From Octopus sinensis (taxonomy: Eukaryota), in the NCBI RefSeq assembly GCF_006345805.1, contig NC_042997.1:176886001-176950000 (forward strand): DNA of 64,000 bases, written 5' to 3'. Shown piece by piece: positions 11,220 to 25,392 of this stretch. Position numbers and translations under genes: made by a program. A model generated the notes under the pieces. The model did not search any database. It saw only the letters and a list, made by a program, of their open reading frames with translations, and was not told the origin of the DNA. Every line of letters starts with the position of its first letter. Position 1 is the first letter of the stretch.

Positions 11220-12850
11220 CCTAACGGTGAGAATGTTTAGATGCTGAACTATAGTAGAGTCTTGCATATTTTTACGGTTCCATTTATAAATTTTATTTGC
11301 GAAGTATTTGTTAGCTTCTCATATTTTTGGTTGAATGCTCCAGCGTTTCAAAATTGTTGCTTAGATGTTTATTCAAATGTTTATCAACAAAACCAAACAT
11401 TCTTATAGTTTAGACATCAAACATTGTATGTTTGAATTTACGATCTGGGTAGTGCAGATGCAGGTTTCGTAAATATTCTCTTTGTCACCGATTTTGAAAT
11501 AAAAAAAAATTCCTCTGCTGAGTAGTTGATCGCATCGCAATAACTGTACCTAAAGTTTTCCTTTCTGTTCCATATAACAATATCAAGTTGCTATGTTTAA
11601 CTTTGGCGAAATTTTGACGGATATATTCCACCAATAATTCTTGCACGTGAAACGTTTGCATATCCTAAAAAAGAGAAATATTTTCTATTCCTGAGTAGTC
11701 TTTTATACCCTTGTTTACCAACAGCATCAAGTTGCATTTGAAGATCGTATCTTAATGACATTTATGTCGCTAATGATCTCACGTACAATATCATCCACCG
11801 ACATGTTGAATAATCAACATTTTCAGTTGTATCTCTCAGATTTGAGGGATTCGCTGTTTCTTTTATTCTTTACGTATTCTGTTAGCTTTCACTTGCTTTT
11901 GAATCGCAAATGAGGTATGATGTAACTGTTATGACTCCTAGAGTGGTTACATTTCTTGTCGATATTAGCATCATACTCAATTTTACGAAAAGCATACACG
12001 TTCTTGGTATGAAGATTTCCACTTCTAAGTATTTTTCGAGGTAAGCTATTTTAGTAATTCTGGGATAGTATGGAATGTCATTAGAAAAAGAATACTTCTT
12101 GAGGAGTTCACTTCCGACGCAAAGAGTGTTGTTCTCTATAACTTTGAGTACTTGGTTGACGTAATTATTTTTGCTGCTGTCAGTTGGCAGATACTGTTTA
12201 ACTGATACATATTTCTTTACAACCCACAAGGGGCTAAACACAGAGGGGACAAACAAGGACAGACAAAGGATTAAGGCGATTACATGGCAGACCCCAGTGC
12301 GTAAAGTGGTGGACTTATTTAATCGATCCCGAAAGGATGAAAGGCAAAGTCGACCTCGGCGGAATTTGAACTCAGAACGTAGCGGCAGACGAAATACCGC
12401 TAAGCATTTCGCCCGGCATGCTAATGTTTCTGCCAGCTCGCCGCCTTATACTGTTTAACTGATACCATCGATACTCAAAGTTGTGTAGACTAATATGAAC
12501 CCCCTTCATTCCCCTTTTCTTTTCTAAGACCGAACCTTTAACTTTCTGTGGACCTGTAGACCCCATGCAGGTTTTAATATCTACGGAGCAAATTTCCTCT
12601 ACTGGAACCGGTACTGATTCTACAAATGCACTGTGGGATATTGTCTTGTAAAAAGAAAACTCCAATTGCCATATTTTCTCAAGCCTCAAATGATATTATT
12701 TAGGCGCACTATACATGTGTTTCTCTAGCTTTATTTTTAAATCTTCGAAACAATACCAAAAGAATTGGTTTCCATCTCATAAAGAGGGTTCTGTCATTGG
12801 ACTTTAGACATCAACAAAGTAGCCATGAATGCATGCCTGCATGTCATTGC
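11220..12850 (-). pseudogene. Unidentified decayed coding sequence interrupted by a SINE
   Basis: Microsatellite-free block with consecutive protein-like open frames (about 80 codons at 12448-12689, about 109 codons at 11882-12208) on both sides of a TSD-flanked SINE; family not recognised. Confidence 0.35.
12209..12447 (-). mobile_element. Young SINE family A with 18-bp TSD
   Basis: Head GGCGGCGAGCTGGCAGAAAC, B-box-like GAGTTCAAATTCC; TSD ATACTGTTTAACTGATAC at 12191-12208 and 12448-12465. Confidence 0.93.
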
Positions 12851-13055
12851 CGTGTGAATCTCCAAGATTTTACTTATCTATGTGTACACGTACACATCAG
12901 TACGCACACACACACACAAACACAGTTACACATATGGAATATTTGACATATTTCTTATACTTTCATCAATAGCCTGTGATTATAGTTATCTAATTGATCG
13001 CATTCTGCCCATTTTGTGAAGATCAGCTTTTCAAGATTACCAAATGTTTGATTAC

Positions 13056-13539
13056 GTATGTATGTATGTATGTATGTATGTATGTATGTATGTATGTATG
13101 TATGTATGTATGTATGTATGTATGTATGTATGTATGTATGCATTTATGTATGTATGTATTTATGTATGTCGTATGGAAGAATATAAGACTGACGACTGGG
13201 ATTTAATAGTAAAGGTTACAACACTACGGTATAAATAAATATATCATATGATGTTTATCTGGAGCAATGCTCTGGATATGTTATCACAGCAACGCTTAAC
13301 GTATGGTAATCAAGTATATTATGCATGATTCACACACACACAAAACACAAACACACGCACACACACATGTATTCATAACGACTTTGTATTGACACGTTTG
13401 TGTGTGTGTGTACGCGCCACATGGACACAAACACAATTATATTTATAGATATATGTAGGAACACTTATATATGTATATACATAAATATACTTATGTGCAT
13501 ATTTTAACGTATGTGGTTTATTCGTGTACGTGTATATAT

Positions 13540-13585
<46 letters not shown>

Positions 13586-13690
13586 TATATATATTTGAGT
13601 ATGTATATTCTATATATATATATATATATATATATTAATAATGTAAATGTATATATATATATAGATATAGATAAAAATGTATATATTTAG

Positions 13691-13724
<34 letters not shown>

Positions 13725-13777
13725 GTATATATATATGTTTACATGTATATATTATATATATAATATATATATATATG

Positions 13778-13844
<67 letters not shown>

Positions 13845-13857
13845 ATATATATATATG

Positions 13858-13940
<83 letters not shown>

Positions 13941-13943
13941 ATG

Positions 13944-14014
<71 letters not shown>

Positions 14015-14017
14015 TAT
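13056..14017. repeat. (TATG)n and long compound (TA)n microsatellites
   Basis: TATG run 13056-13168; TA/TATG run about 13540-14017. Confidence 0.95.
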
Positions 14018-14329
14018 CATGTATGTACACATATGTAAAATATTCATGTAAACACACCTCATACACACACAGACACGTATCTTCCGGTCTTGAAATTCAA
14101 TGATGAAATAGAGTAGACATATTAAAAGCTTACAATAAATTTTATGGATAGAAAATATATCAGTTCTTTATGGCATGTCTACACGATAAAACGGTTTAAA
14201 TTTCCTGTTTTCTGTCAGGATATGTTTTAGAACATTGATATAATATGATAAAAACTGAAAAAATATTCAAAGATCGGTAGTTAAAATCATTGCATTTCGA
14301 GGAAAGAAAAAAATATGTTGCTGCTGCTG

Positions 14330-14725
14330 CTGCTGTTGTTGTTGCTGTTGAGATGTCGAGCGAACGGTCTTCGTCCCAGAGCTCGCAAGATGGGAGAAGT
14401 CTGAAACGTGGTCCTTTGATATTCGTAAGACCCGCAGAAGAGAAAGCAGGTCAACTTCTGACACCGAGAGCATCGACGAATGGATGAATGTGCATCCAGG
14501 TTCAGCGGTTTCGTAGGAAGTCGGGGATAAGAAACAGGAAGAAAGAGTGAGAGAAAGTTGGAGCGAAAGAGTACAACAGGGGTCGCCATCACCCCCTGCC
14601 GGAGCCTCGTGGAGCTTTAGGTGTTTTCGCTCAATAAACACACACAACACCCGGTCTGGGAATGGAAACTGCGATCCTCTGACCGCGAGTCCGCTGCCCT
14701 AACCATTGGGCCATTGCGCATCCAC
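14330..14725 (-). mobile_element. tRNA-derived SINE family C, tail type 2 ending in (CAA/CAG)n
   Basis: First about 185 nt align with 42501-42685; flanked by TTGCTGCTGCTG at 14318-14329 and 14726-14737. Confidence 0.85.
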
Positions 14726-15143
14726 TTGCTGCTGCTGTTTCGTTTCAGATCATCTCTGATGAAGCAAACCTTATGAGCAACCCTGCAGTTTGTTTTTCGG
14801 ATGTGGATTAAAATTTCGAGTGTTTGATTCTTATTTGAAAAGGTACAGAAGGACTTGAAGGTGATTTTGTTACTAATTTTAGCAAGTCGAGCAATCACAT
14901 CAAGGTTCACTCGTTGGGGTTGTTCACTGAGGAAATTATAATCATCTAGTAAAGGGGTGGGTGTCAACTATGCACGAATTAACCTGTGAGACGAACTGCA
15001 GGAAGAGGAAATTAGGACCAATATTTAAATAAGATGTTTTGTAGGTCAGTGATGTAAATAGGGACAGGATAAGCAAAAGTACGGTTTATATCTACTTCTC
15101 AATTTACAGGTTTCTGTTTCTATGTCCAATGATGACTAACACA

Positions 15144-15374
15144 GGCACCGAGCTGGCAGAAACGTTAGCACGCCGGGCGAAATGCTTAGCAGTATTTCGT
15201 CTGCCGTTACGTTCTGAGTTCAAATTCTGCCGAGGTCGACTTTGCCTTTCATCCTTTCGGGGTCGATAAATTAAGTACCAGTTACGCACTGGGGTCGATG
15301 TAATCGACTTAATCCGTTTGTCTGTCCTTGTTTGTCCCCTCTATGTTTAGCCCTTTGTGGGCAATAAAGACATA
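15144..15374 (+). mobile_element. Young SINE family A, followed by an older A copy to about 15560
   Basis: Near-identical to 56483-56713. Confidence 0.92.
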
Positions 15375-16199
15375 AGAATCGTTAGCACGTGGGACAAAAT
15401 GCTTAGCGGCAGGTCTTTCGGTTCTTTTCGTTCGAAGTTCAAATACTACCGAGGTCAACTATGCCTTTTATCCCATGGAGGGTGGGGGTCAATAAAATAA
15501 AATACTAATCAAATACTGAGGTCAGCGTTATGGACTTGCACCCTCTCACTAAAATTACTGGCCCTGAACCCTACAATGGATCGACGTCCCATTCAGGGGA
15601 ATCTTGTGATCTTGGCCACTCATACGCCATGAAAATAAACCGGCCTTATGAATACCAGGACTCGAGAAAAATGTTTACTAATTTGTTATTAGCTATTCTT
15701 TGTCAAATTGTTTTCCAATCAATTAGAATGTTATTTTTAGTTATTATGCATTCATAAATTATTCAGTCTTCACAATGGAACATAATAGCGACCATTTTAT
15801 AATTTACTTTACAGTAAAGCTGGCATAGTATTCTGACGAGGCTGGAAGTTAAGGGACAAAAGTACCACTAAAGTCAGGTTGAGAGTGCAAGGGTCGAGCT
15901 TTTCACTCCTCTGTACGTCGTGGAGAGAGGGAATGAGTTTACCATTTGTATTTTATAATTCATTGATATCATAATATTATTTACTTTCTACGTGTTCCGT
16001 ATAATTTAAAGTTTTTGATATCCAAATACAAACTGTACTTTTAGTAATATCGGTATGTTTCCGATCGTTGGGAAACTAAGAATCGCAAAATATTAAAGAA
16101 GTAATTTCAGTGGTGTGAGAATCATGATCTCATGCTAAGTGTGACACTTTTATCAATATCACAGAATTTATTGGGTCCACCACAGAATCCAGTCCTCGT

Positions 16200-16520
16200 T
16201 GCAGTGTGTGGCTTGTGTGCTTCAATGACTCTGAGAGCTACGTCAGCGGAGTACAAAGTTCCTGATAGGTCCTCATGCTGGACAGATCAAAGGATAGCGG
16301 CCAAATTAATATGGACCAGCTATCTCCAGAAGTAAAAATGGGTTTGTGCAGAGCCAACATCCTTACCTAGAGAAAGATAACGTAAAAGAAACATGGATGA
16401 CAATTCAAAGCTAAAAGGACCTGGTGGAGGAGTAAGCCCAGAGTTGAGAACAGTACAGAAAAGTCGTCGGTGGTCTATTTTCCAAAGGGAGCAAAGGGCT
16501 CAAGCGAAGTGAAGTGAATT
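16200..16520 (+). mobile_element. Possible RTE-derived non-autonomous element
   Basis: Ends in TGGTCTATTTTCCAAAGGGAGCAAAGGGCTCAAG plus short GAAGT repeats, resembling RTE 3' tails; not otherwise verified. Confidence 0.3.
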
Positions 16521-17865
16521 TCACCCCACATTGGAAGTGATGAAACAGATTCTATTGTTATACATCTACATTCCTCATACCTCAATCGTAAGCCTGTGAA
16601 TACCGTCTTGTTTTTCTTTTCTTAGCATAAAAATTCTACAGTTGAACCATGCCTCTTCCTCACAGTGAAGTTATTTCTATTGTTGCACTGTTATTACCAC
16701 TAACATATCAATGTAGTATAGATAGGCGTACTAGTGGGGCCATATGCTCTGTTCGAGTGAAATGGTTAATTTTACTTTTATTTAAATTGAAAAATTGTTG
16801 TGAACTTTCATGCCAAGTTTTTTTTTTGCTGTAAACATTTTCGCTGTAAACACTTGCCCAAGTAATTTTGTCGTAGATATTTTCACCGTAAACATTTTTT
16901 GTGTCAGGTATCTTTGCCGCAATATCTAAAACACAACAAATTTACCTTGTTTCAATTTACAGTCTAATTCGAAGTCCACTTCTTAGAAACAATGTCTTGG
17001 TTGCCAAATTGAAAGAAAAGAAAAACATTGGGCAATTCGGAATTGCTTGTATAAAAGCAGTGCTTAACGTTTCGGTAGCTCAGCGAGCCGGTTAAATTTT
17101 GCCAACTCACCACTGAATATAAATATTTATAGATGCTTTTGATTCTGTTATGAAACTGTGAAACGCATGTAGGGTGCCTATAGATCATGTCGAAAATGCT
17201 TTTTACTTGAGTGTTCATCAAAAACACGAGGTGTTATAGATATTAGATTCATATAATGATTTTTGATTTCGGCACAAAGCCTGTAGTTTTGAGGGGAGGG
17301 GTAGTAGTCAATACCATCGATCTTGTATAAGGCAGATCCTTTATTTTATCGACCGTGGAATATTTAAACTTAGAACGTAAAGAGCCAGAACGAATGCCGC
17401 AGAGAGTTTTTTCGACTATCTAACGATTTTGCCCGCCAGCCGATTTATTAGATTCATATAATGAACCCAGATCCATAGAGTCTTTTAACGACATGGCTAT
17501 GAACATGTTACTATGAACATGTTACTATGAACATATTACTGCATATTTAAGAGATCAAAAGTTTGTTAGAAGATCTCTTCATTCATCCTTGGTGGACACT
17601 CTTGTGATCCTTACGCATAATTCTGGATGCAGCCTTTCAGTTTATCGATTTTCCAAAATCCATTTCTTTCACTGCAGTGGATTGCACACTGTCTGTAGAC
17701 GTGTTGTTTATTTTGAATTTAAGCTGTGGCATTCAGTAAGGTTTATTCACCCCTACAGATATAATTAAAAATAAAGATAAACATGTCTATGTTTTTATTT
17801 GTGGAAATACTTGATTTATAGGAATCTTTGACTCATTGTTTTTAAGCAGAATTTTGTGCTAGTCA

Positions 17866-19440
<1,575 letters not shown>

Positions 19441-19993
19441 TGCAGTCTTCTTTTGAATAAAATGAGTTACAATACTCTGACATTCTAATAAATTTCTTTT
19501 GTTTACTCAAGTATAATTCACTAAATTTAATCTGTTAAGCAATTACGAATATTGTAAAATAGGTTTTAAAATTTATTAACACTTATCTATTGTAATTTAA
19601 TTTGCAAAACGTAATCACAAAATGAATTCAGGTAAATGTATATGTACTAATATCATTTGTCCTTTTGGTATGTTTCAGCAGTACTACTAAGTACAGTGGT
19701 AACCAGACCATTACATTCGAAGCACACTGGATCATAATACTTTACGCAGTTCTCTAAAGTCAACAGTACCAGTCGTATATCTAGTAGTACGCTCAAGATT
19801 TTCTATGTACTAATATCGGAAAAATAAAAGATTTTCTATATGGAATGCACTTTTTGACTCAGACAATCTTGGAATAGCGGAAAAAACATCCTGAAACATG
19901 AATAAAAGGGTTCACGTGGCTAAAAAGGTTGAGAATCATTCACTTAGAAAATTATAATGCTCTACATAACTCCTTAGTTATAAATATCTTGTA

Positions 19994-19994
<1 letters not shown>

Positions 19995-20061
<67 letters not shown>

Positions 20062-20080
20062 ATAATAATAATAATAATAA
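19995..20080. repeat. (ACT)n(AAT)n microsatellite
   Basis: Direct reading. Confidence 0.97.
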
Positions 20081-20093
20081 TGATCATGATAAT

Positions 20094-21090
20094 CTTGACA
20101 GAAAACTTGGAAGTTGCTGACGATGTATGGAACCCATCATCCGAAAGCTGATATCAGCCGGCTGTACTTGAAGAGAGACCAGGGTGGAAGAGGCTTACTA
20201 GCAGTGGAAGGATGTGTACAGATGGAAAGAAAAAGTCTAGTAGAGTATTTACAGGGTAGTACAGAAAAACTATTAAAGACAGTAAATAAAGAACAGGTGA
20301 TGAAGTGCGTGATAGAAGAAAAGGAGTGAAATGAAATGCAAAGAGAGCATGTCAGACAGAGAGAAAAGAAACCTCTGCATGGCCAATTTTGGAGAGCCAC
20401 TGAAGACGCATCTGGAACAAAATCCTGAGCTTTGTTCAAAAAGAAACTGGGAGCTTAATTGTAGCAGCCCAATATCAAGCGGTAAAAACAAACAACCTGA
20501 GAAAAAATATATATGGAGAGAATGTGTCAGAAAAATGTATAGCCTGAGGAACTTGGAACGTGACAGTGATACACATTGTTGCAGAATGCCCCAAGTTGGC
20601 ACAGGAGGATTATAAGAAACTGAGGCATAACCAGGTCGTAAAAGTTTTACACTGGAAACTATTTCAGAAATGGGGATTTGAAGCTAGAAACACACGGTAC
20701 AATTATCGAGTACTGGAGTCGGACAAATGTAAGATTTTGTGGGACTTTCCATTCAAACGGACAAGAAGTTAGAAAATAATAGGGTAAACATAGCAATTAT
20801 AGATAAGGAAACGCGAAGTTGCTTACTTATCGACCCATCAATATTGATACCAGGATACTAAAGAAAGGGGAAGGTAAAAAGAAAATGCAATCTCTTAAAA
20901 TTTGAAATAGGAAGAATTTGGAGCATGCGAACAGTAAAGGTCGTGCCTATAATAATTGGTGCTTTCGGAAAAGTAACCAAAACAACGTGGTTTCGAAGCA
21001 AACTTCTTAACCATAGAGCTATGTATGCTATTAATACTATGTTTCGGAGGAATAACGAGTAAAGTCTATCCGTGTAGGATTTGGACTGCA
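20094..21090 (+). mobile_element. 5'-truncated R4/Dong-like non-LTR retrotransposon (restriction-like endonuclease clade), decayed
   Basis: LLTMYGTHHPKADISRLYLKRDQGGRGL, LHGQF, LIVAAQYQA, CCHC knuckle HIVAECPKLAQEDYKKLRHN, KILWDF, mutated PD-(D/E)xK region NRVNIAIIDK...LLID, KVVPIIIGAFG. Confidence 0.88.
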
Positions 21091-23488
21091 CTCATATATG
21101 GCTACGTTATTTTATCAATTGTTATTGTCTAACTTCCTTTATAATTCAAAATATGATGATATTGGTCTCCTGGTCTTTCGGATAATTTGCTTAACTGACT
21201 TTCTGTTACTTTGTCCAGATACATAGTAAAGTTTTGATAACTAAAATGAAAGCTTTAGAAACTCTCGTTAATTACACACTGTTCTCGCTGTTTACTCATG
21301 AAACATATTGCCTCCTGGGGCGCAAGACAAATGGTTAGCCTGTGACTACATAAGCAATAAAATGGCCTGCATTTTCCTCTAATACGATTCTACAAGAAAC
21401 CATTTACCATTTTGTAAATGATAGGTTTCTGGAACATTCGCGGTTGTGATATAGCTACATTTGTTGGTGAATTGATTTTATCTATGGCAATTATAATACA
21501 TAACACGAAATTCCCGAAGTTATAAGCGAACAGCATGACCAGTCAAGCAGATAATTTGATTTTCTGCTGAATAATTAATTATTTTTACAGCGAAGAACGT
21601 ATTCTAAGGAAGTAAATTTACTGTCCAAGCGTTTCATAAATAAAACAAATGCTACTGAGCGGGGATCTATTTGGCACTGTAGCTTGATATCTATTTTATC
21701 TTCAATGACGATTCTAAACAATACAATTGAAGTTCACATAAATCGTTGTGGTGTTTATCAGATTTCTCGAGACCAGTTTTGTGTTTACTGAACCCTTACC
21801 TTTTGGACATTAATTAATATTTATTTGACATCGAAGTTTTATTTTGGCTTTAATTTCTTTTCATTTTACGTTTTATAATATTTTCCAGTACTCAGTCTCC
21901 TCTAGTGAAGGTCATTGAAGAAAGCAAAAGTGATACTGATAATTAGCGACCATTTTATTAAAATGGGCGAAAGAAATCAATAAAATAGAAATCAGTATAA
22001 AAATCTAGTGATTCAAGGCCGAACTACTCGATTATTCAATAAATTTAATACATGTTTTACAAAGCAGTCATTTTAACATAATTGAATTACTAAGCTATTA
22101 CGTGTTACTGCTTTGGACAGTCATCTTTAGATCATGGCAACCTTTGTGCTGTTTCCATTTCTTGCTGACTTCAATTCCATCATTTTCAACGAATTTTGCC
22201 GTGAATTTTTTTATCTTCCAATCTCATTAGTTGTGCTCTTTCTATCATACTAAATTTCTTTGAAAATCGCGTACTATATGCACACTTTAAATTGGAAGAG
22301 CGTCTCCCTTAATTATTCCATTTTCTTTATATTTTCCCGTCAGACATTAATCTCCAACCTCTCAAACTCGGACTGAACTGCTACAAATTCTCGCGCCCTT
22401 TCGCATCATTTCAGTCGTACAGGACAATCCCTTGTTATGGGAACTAGAGTCTCTCTCAAATTTGGGACGAAGTGATGCAAAACTACAAATCCGAGTATTG
22501 CCAGATGTCTGTTTGCGAGCAATAACCGCATTAAGAGACGCGTTTTCAATCAAAATATTTCAAGAAGAAATTCTCTGAGCGGTATAGTCTTACTAAAATA
22601 GCATGACTTGTCTGGACAGAGATAAATTCATGTCACTGCAATGAAAGGTTAGAAGCTGTTATAAAAAATTAAAAAAAGCAGAAATCATTGGACACTTCAA
22701 TACTAAAAACGTCAAATATTCAAATTTTTTTAAAGCAGATAAACCAATTAAAAAGAAAAGAATCGGAAAAGCCTTACAGTTATTCTCTTGAATTTAATCC
22801 TGCTCTTCGATCATTGAGAAGACAGGCATAGCATTAGTTGTATATATACTTAATTCCAATTCTCAGCGGTGTAGTGATTAACGTCTGAAATGATGTGAAA
22901 ATTGTGTCGAATCATGCAATTATAAATGTTTAATCTTCGTCAAATTAACATAAAGCTACTCGAGAAATTCTTGCGAGATTTATTTCACACTGTTTTTAAC
23001 CCATTGGTTTATATATATTCTTAATTTACAGACTGAAGCTAAATGTAGTTTAAAAAATGTAATTATTGTATAACGAGCGTGTTGACTTTTGACTTAGATG
23101 AATAAATATATAGCTTTCTCAAGTAGTTGTACCGAATACTTTTTCTTGAATCTGTCAACGGGTTACACCTCCTTGTCAAAGTTTAATGACTTATTTTAGA
23201 TAAATGAGGAAGTTCGTTGTTACCGCTTTTGCTTTAGAATTGATCAGTAAGTATTGTTCATAGTTTAACTGTACCTGATTAAATGATGCTCTGAATAAAT
23301 ATAACTATTTCATGTATAGGTACAGAGCCAAAAGTTAATAGATGAGGGGAAATGAGATTAAATGATATATGTCTTAGGGACTTTAGTAACCTGTTATTAA
23401 AATACTGAATTCCTTTTCACTAAAAAGTTTCACAGGAGGTAACTGGAATTGGTATAGCCCACACTTTTTCTCCAGCAAGTCATTGAAA

Positions 23489-23640
23489 GGATCTTTTCGG
23501 TTTGAACGGCAGTTTTTAAAAGTAATTTCCACGTAACTAAACACTTTTAAACTTCGTATACTGGTAGAATAAAACATTTTTTTCTCTTGGCTTTATTGAG
23601 AAAATTCTATAGTTTGTAAGATATTTGTTGTTTTTTTCTT
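23489..23640 (-). mobile_element. One-ended fragment of the GGATC-TIR MITE
   Basis: Reverse complement of the right end of 25393-25816. Confidence 0.85.
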
Positions 23641-23904
23641 GCCATTTTGTATATAAGGAAGTTTGGGCTAAATTTATTTCACTGAAATGTTATGTTAATT
23701 GTGTAGACAAAATTCCCCTTGACGTTCAGCAGCTGCCATAAATAAGCAGTTTCATATTTTGGTACAAGGTCAGCAATTTCCATGGAAAGATTAAGTCAGT
23801 TACATCGATCACAGTGTTCAACTGGTACTTATTTTATTGCAGACGAAAGGCAAAGTTGACTTCGGCGGAATTTGAACTCAGAACATAAAGGCGAACGAAA
23901 TGCC

Positions 23905-24135
23905 TATTTCTTTACTACCCACAAGGGGCTAAACACAGAGAGGACAAACAAGGACAGATAAACGGATTAAGTCGATTATATCGACCCCAGTGCGTAACTG
24001 GTACTTATTTAATCGACCCCGAAAGGATGAAAGGCAAAGTCGACCTCGGCGGAATTTGAACTCGGAATGTAGCGGCAGACGAAATACCGCAAAGCATTTT
24101 GCACGGCGTGCTAACGTTTCAGCAAGCTCACCGCC
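23905..24135 (-). mobile_element. Young SINE family A nested in an older A copy (23742-23904)
   Basis: Aligns with the other A copies; the older copy carries tail type 2. Confidence 0.9.
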
Positions 24136-24349
24136 CGGAATTTGCTAACATAACAGAGTGCTCAGAGCGAGCCCCGCCGGCTTGCATACGAAAAGCATGG
24201 AATGATGGTCGTATATATGTAGAATATTCTTTAAAATGTAATAATTAAACTTTAAACTCTGAAAAGCTGTAGTTCTTTGTTTCAAATAGGAAAACAGTAG
24301 AACCAATTTCTGTTTGCCATAGACCAAATCCACCACTCGTATTTCTAAA

Positions 24350-24495
24350 AAATTATTTTTTCTGTGTCCCTTTCTGTAGAAGAGCGTAGGCTCGAAACGT
24401 AAAAGACTTTTTCTATTCCTGAGCGTTATACTAATACATCTGTTTGTTTTGTACACCACCTGTCTTCGTCTTATGTTTTTTTCGTAAACTCTCCC
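24350..24495 (+). mobile_element. Short Penelope-like hammerhead element, family F
   Basis: Matches 5894-5990 (reverse complement) and 43411-43545. Confidence 0.75.
24370..24405 (+). ncRNA. Minimal type I hammerhead ribozyme motif, variant core CUGUAGA
   Basis: CTTT-CTGTAGA-A-GAGC-GTAG-GCTC-GAAAC-GTA-AAAG. Confidence 0.65.
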
Positions 24496-25345
24496 CACTC
24501 GCATTTCTACTTCAACTTGATCTTCGGGTATATTTAGCGGAGTACAATTTATTGCAAATATTCGGACTCGTGCATCGGGGCTGAAAATATTATTCCAAAC
24601 TTACAGGGGAAGATTTTTTTCCCTTTCTCTCACCATTTTCGAATCCATGCAAAATAGGGTAATATCAACAATATTTACTTCTGAAAAAGCCATGATAAGT
24701 AAATATATATATTAAAAAAAATTGCTTTGTGACTAGGTCTATTTCAACTGTTCCAATACTACTAAATGCCACTCTTTTGAATAACAGAGTAAAACAAAAC
24801 GATATGATCAATGGGTTTCTCCTTGGTTGCTAATATATATGAAAGACAAACAGTAGTTGTATTTATATTTAATCAACATGAAAGCTAAATAAGAAAATCG
24901 TCTCGGACTTTTTATTACCGATCAGCTTAATTAGTTAGCAGTCAATTCCTACGAACTTTCAATTAACCAGTAACAAATTGGTGTTTTACAACATTGTATT
25001 CCAGAACGAACTGCATTAAGATTGCATAAGACAGAGAAGACACGTTTATTACATTTTCTTGACGCAACTAAATTTTATTAGTGATATTTCAGTATATTAA
25101 CGACTTCTTGGCAACTAGCAATGCAAGATATAAATGAATCCGCCACCCTGCAAATACAAAAGTTCTCTCTCTCTCACACACATATACGTGTGTTAAATTG
25201 TCGAACTAACGAGAGAGGTGTTGTAGAGTATATGGTTTATTGAAACTAAATGTCTATCTTGCTACTTGCGTTTCACGCCATTGCGGTCTCGCCTGGAGAT
25301 CGCAGTGACGTGCAACACAATATGAAGTTCTAGATTTAACAAACC

Positions 25346-25384
<39 letters not shown>

Positions 25385-25392
25385 TATATATA

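Noticed and set aside
14290-14650. ORFs with poly-Q/poly-A (14267-14650, 14290-14487)
   Set aside because: They lie within a TSD-flanked SINE and its (CAG/CAA)n tail
21591-21611. 21-nt microexon candidate (TTTTTACAG...GTAAAT)
   Set aside because: Such signal pairs are common by chance in AT-rich DNA
22350-22577. About 76-codon open frame (TRTELLQILAPFRIISVVQDNPLLWELE...)
   Set aside because: The nearby acceptor at 22343 leads to stops in all three frames; no start, donor or recognisable motif
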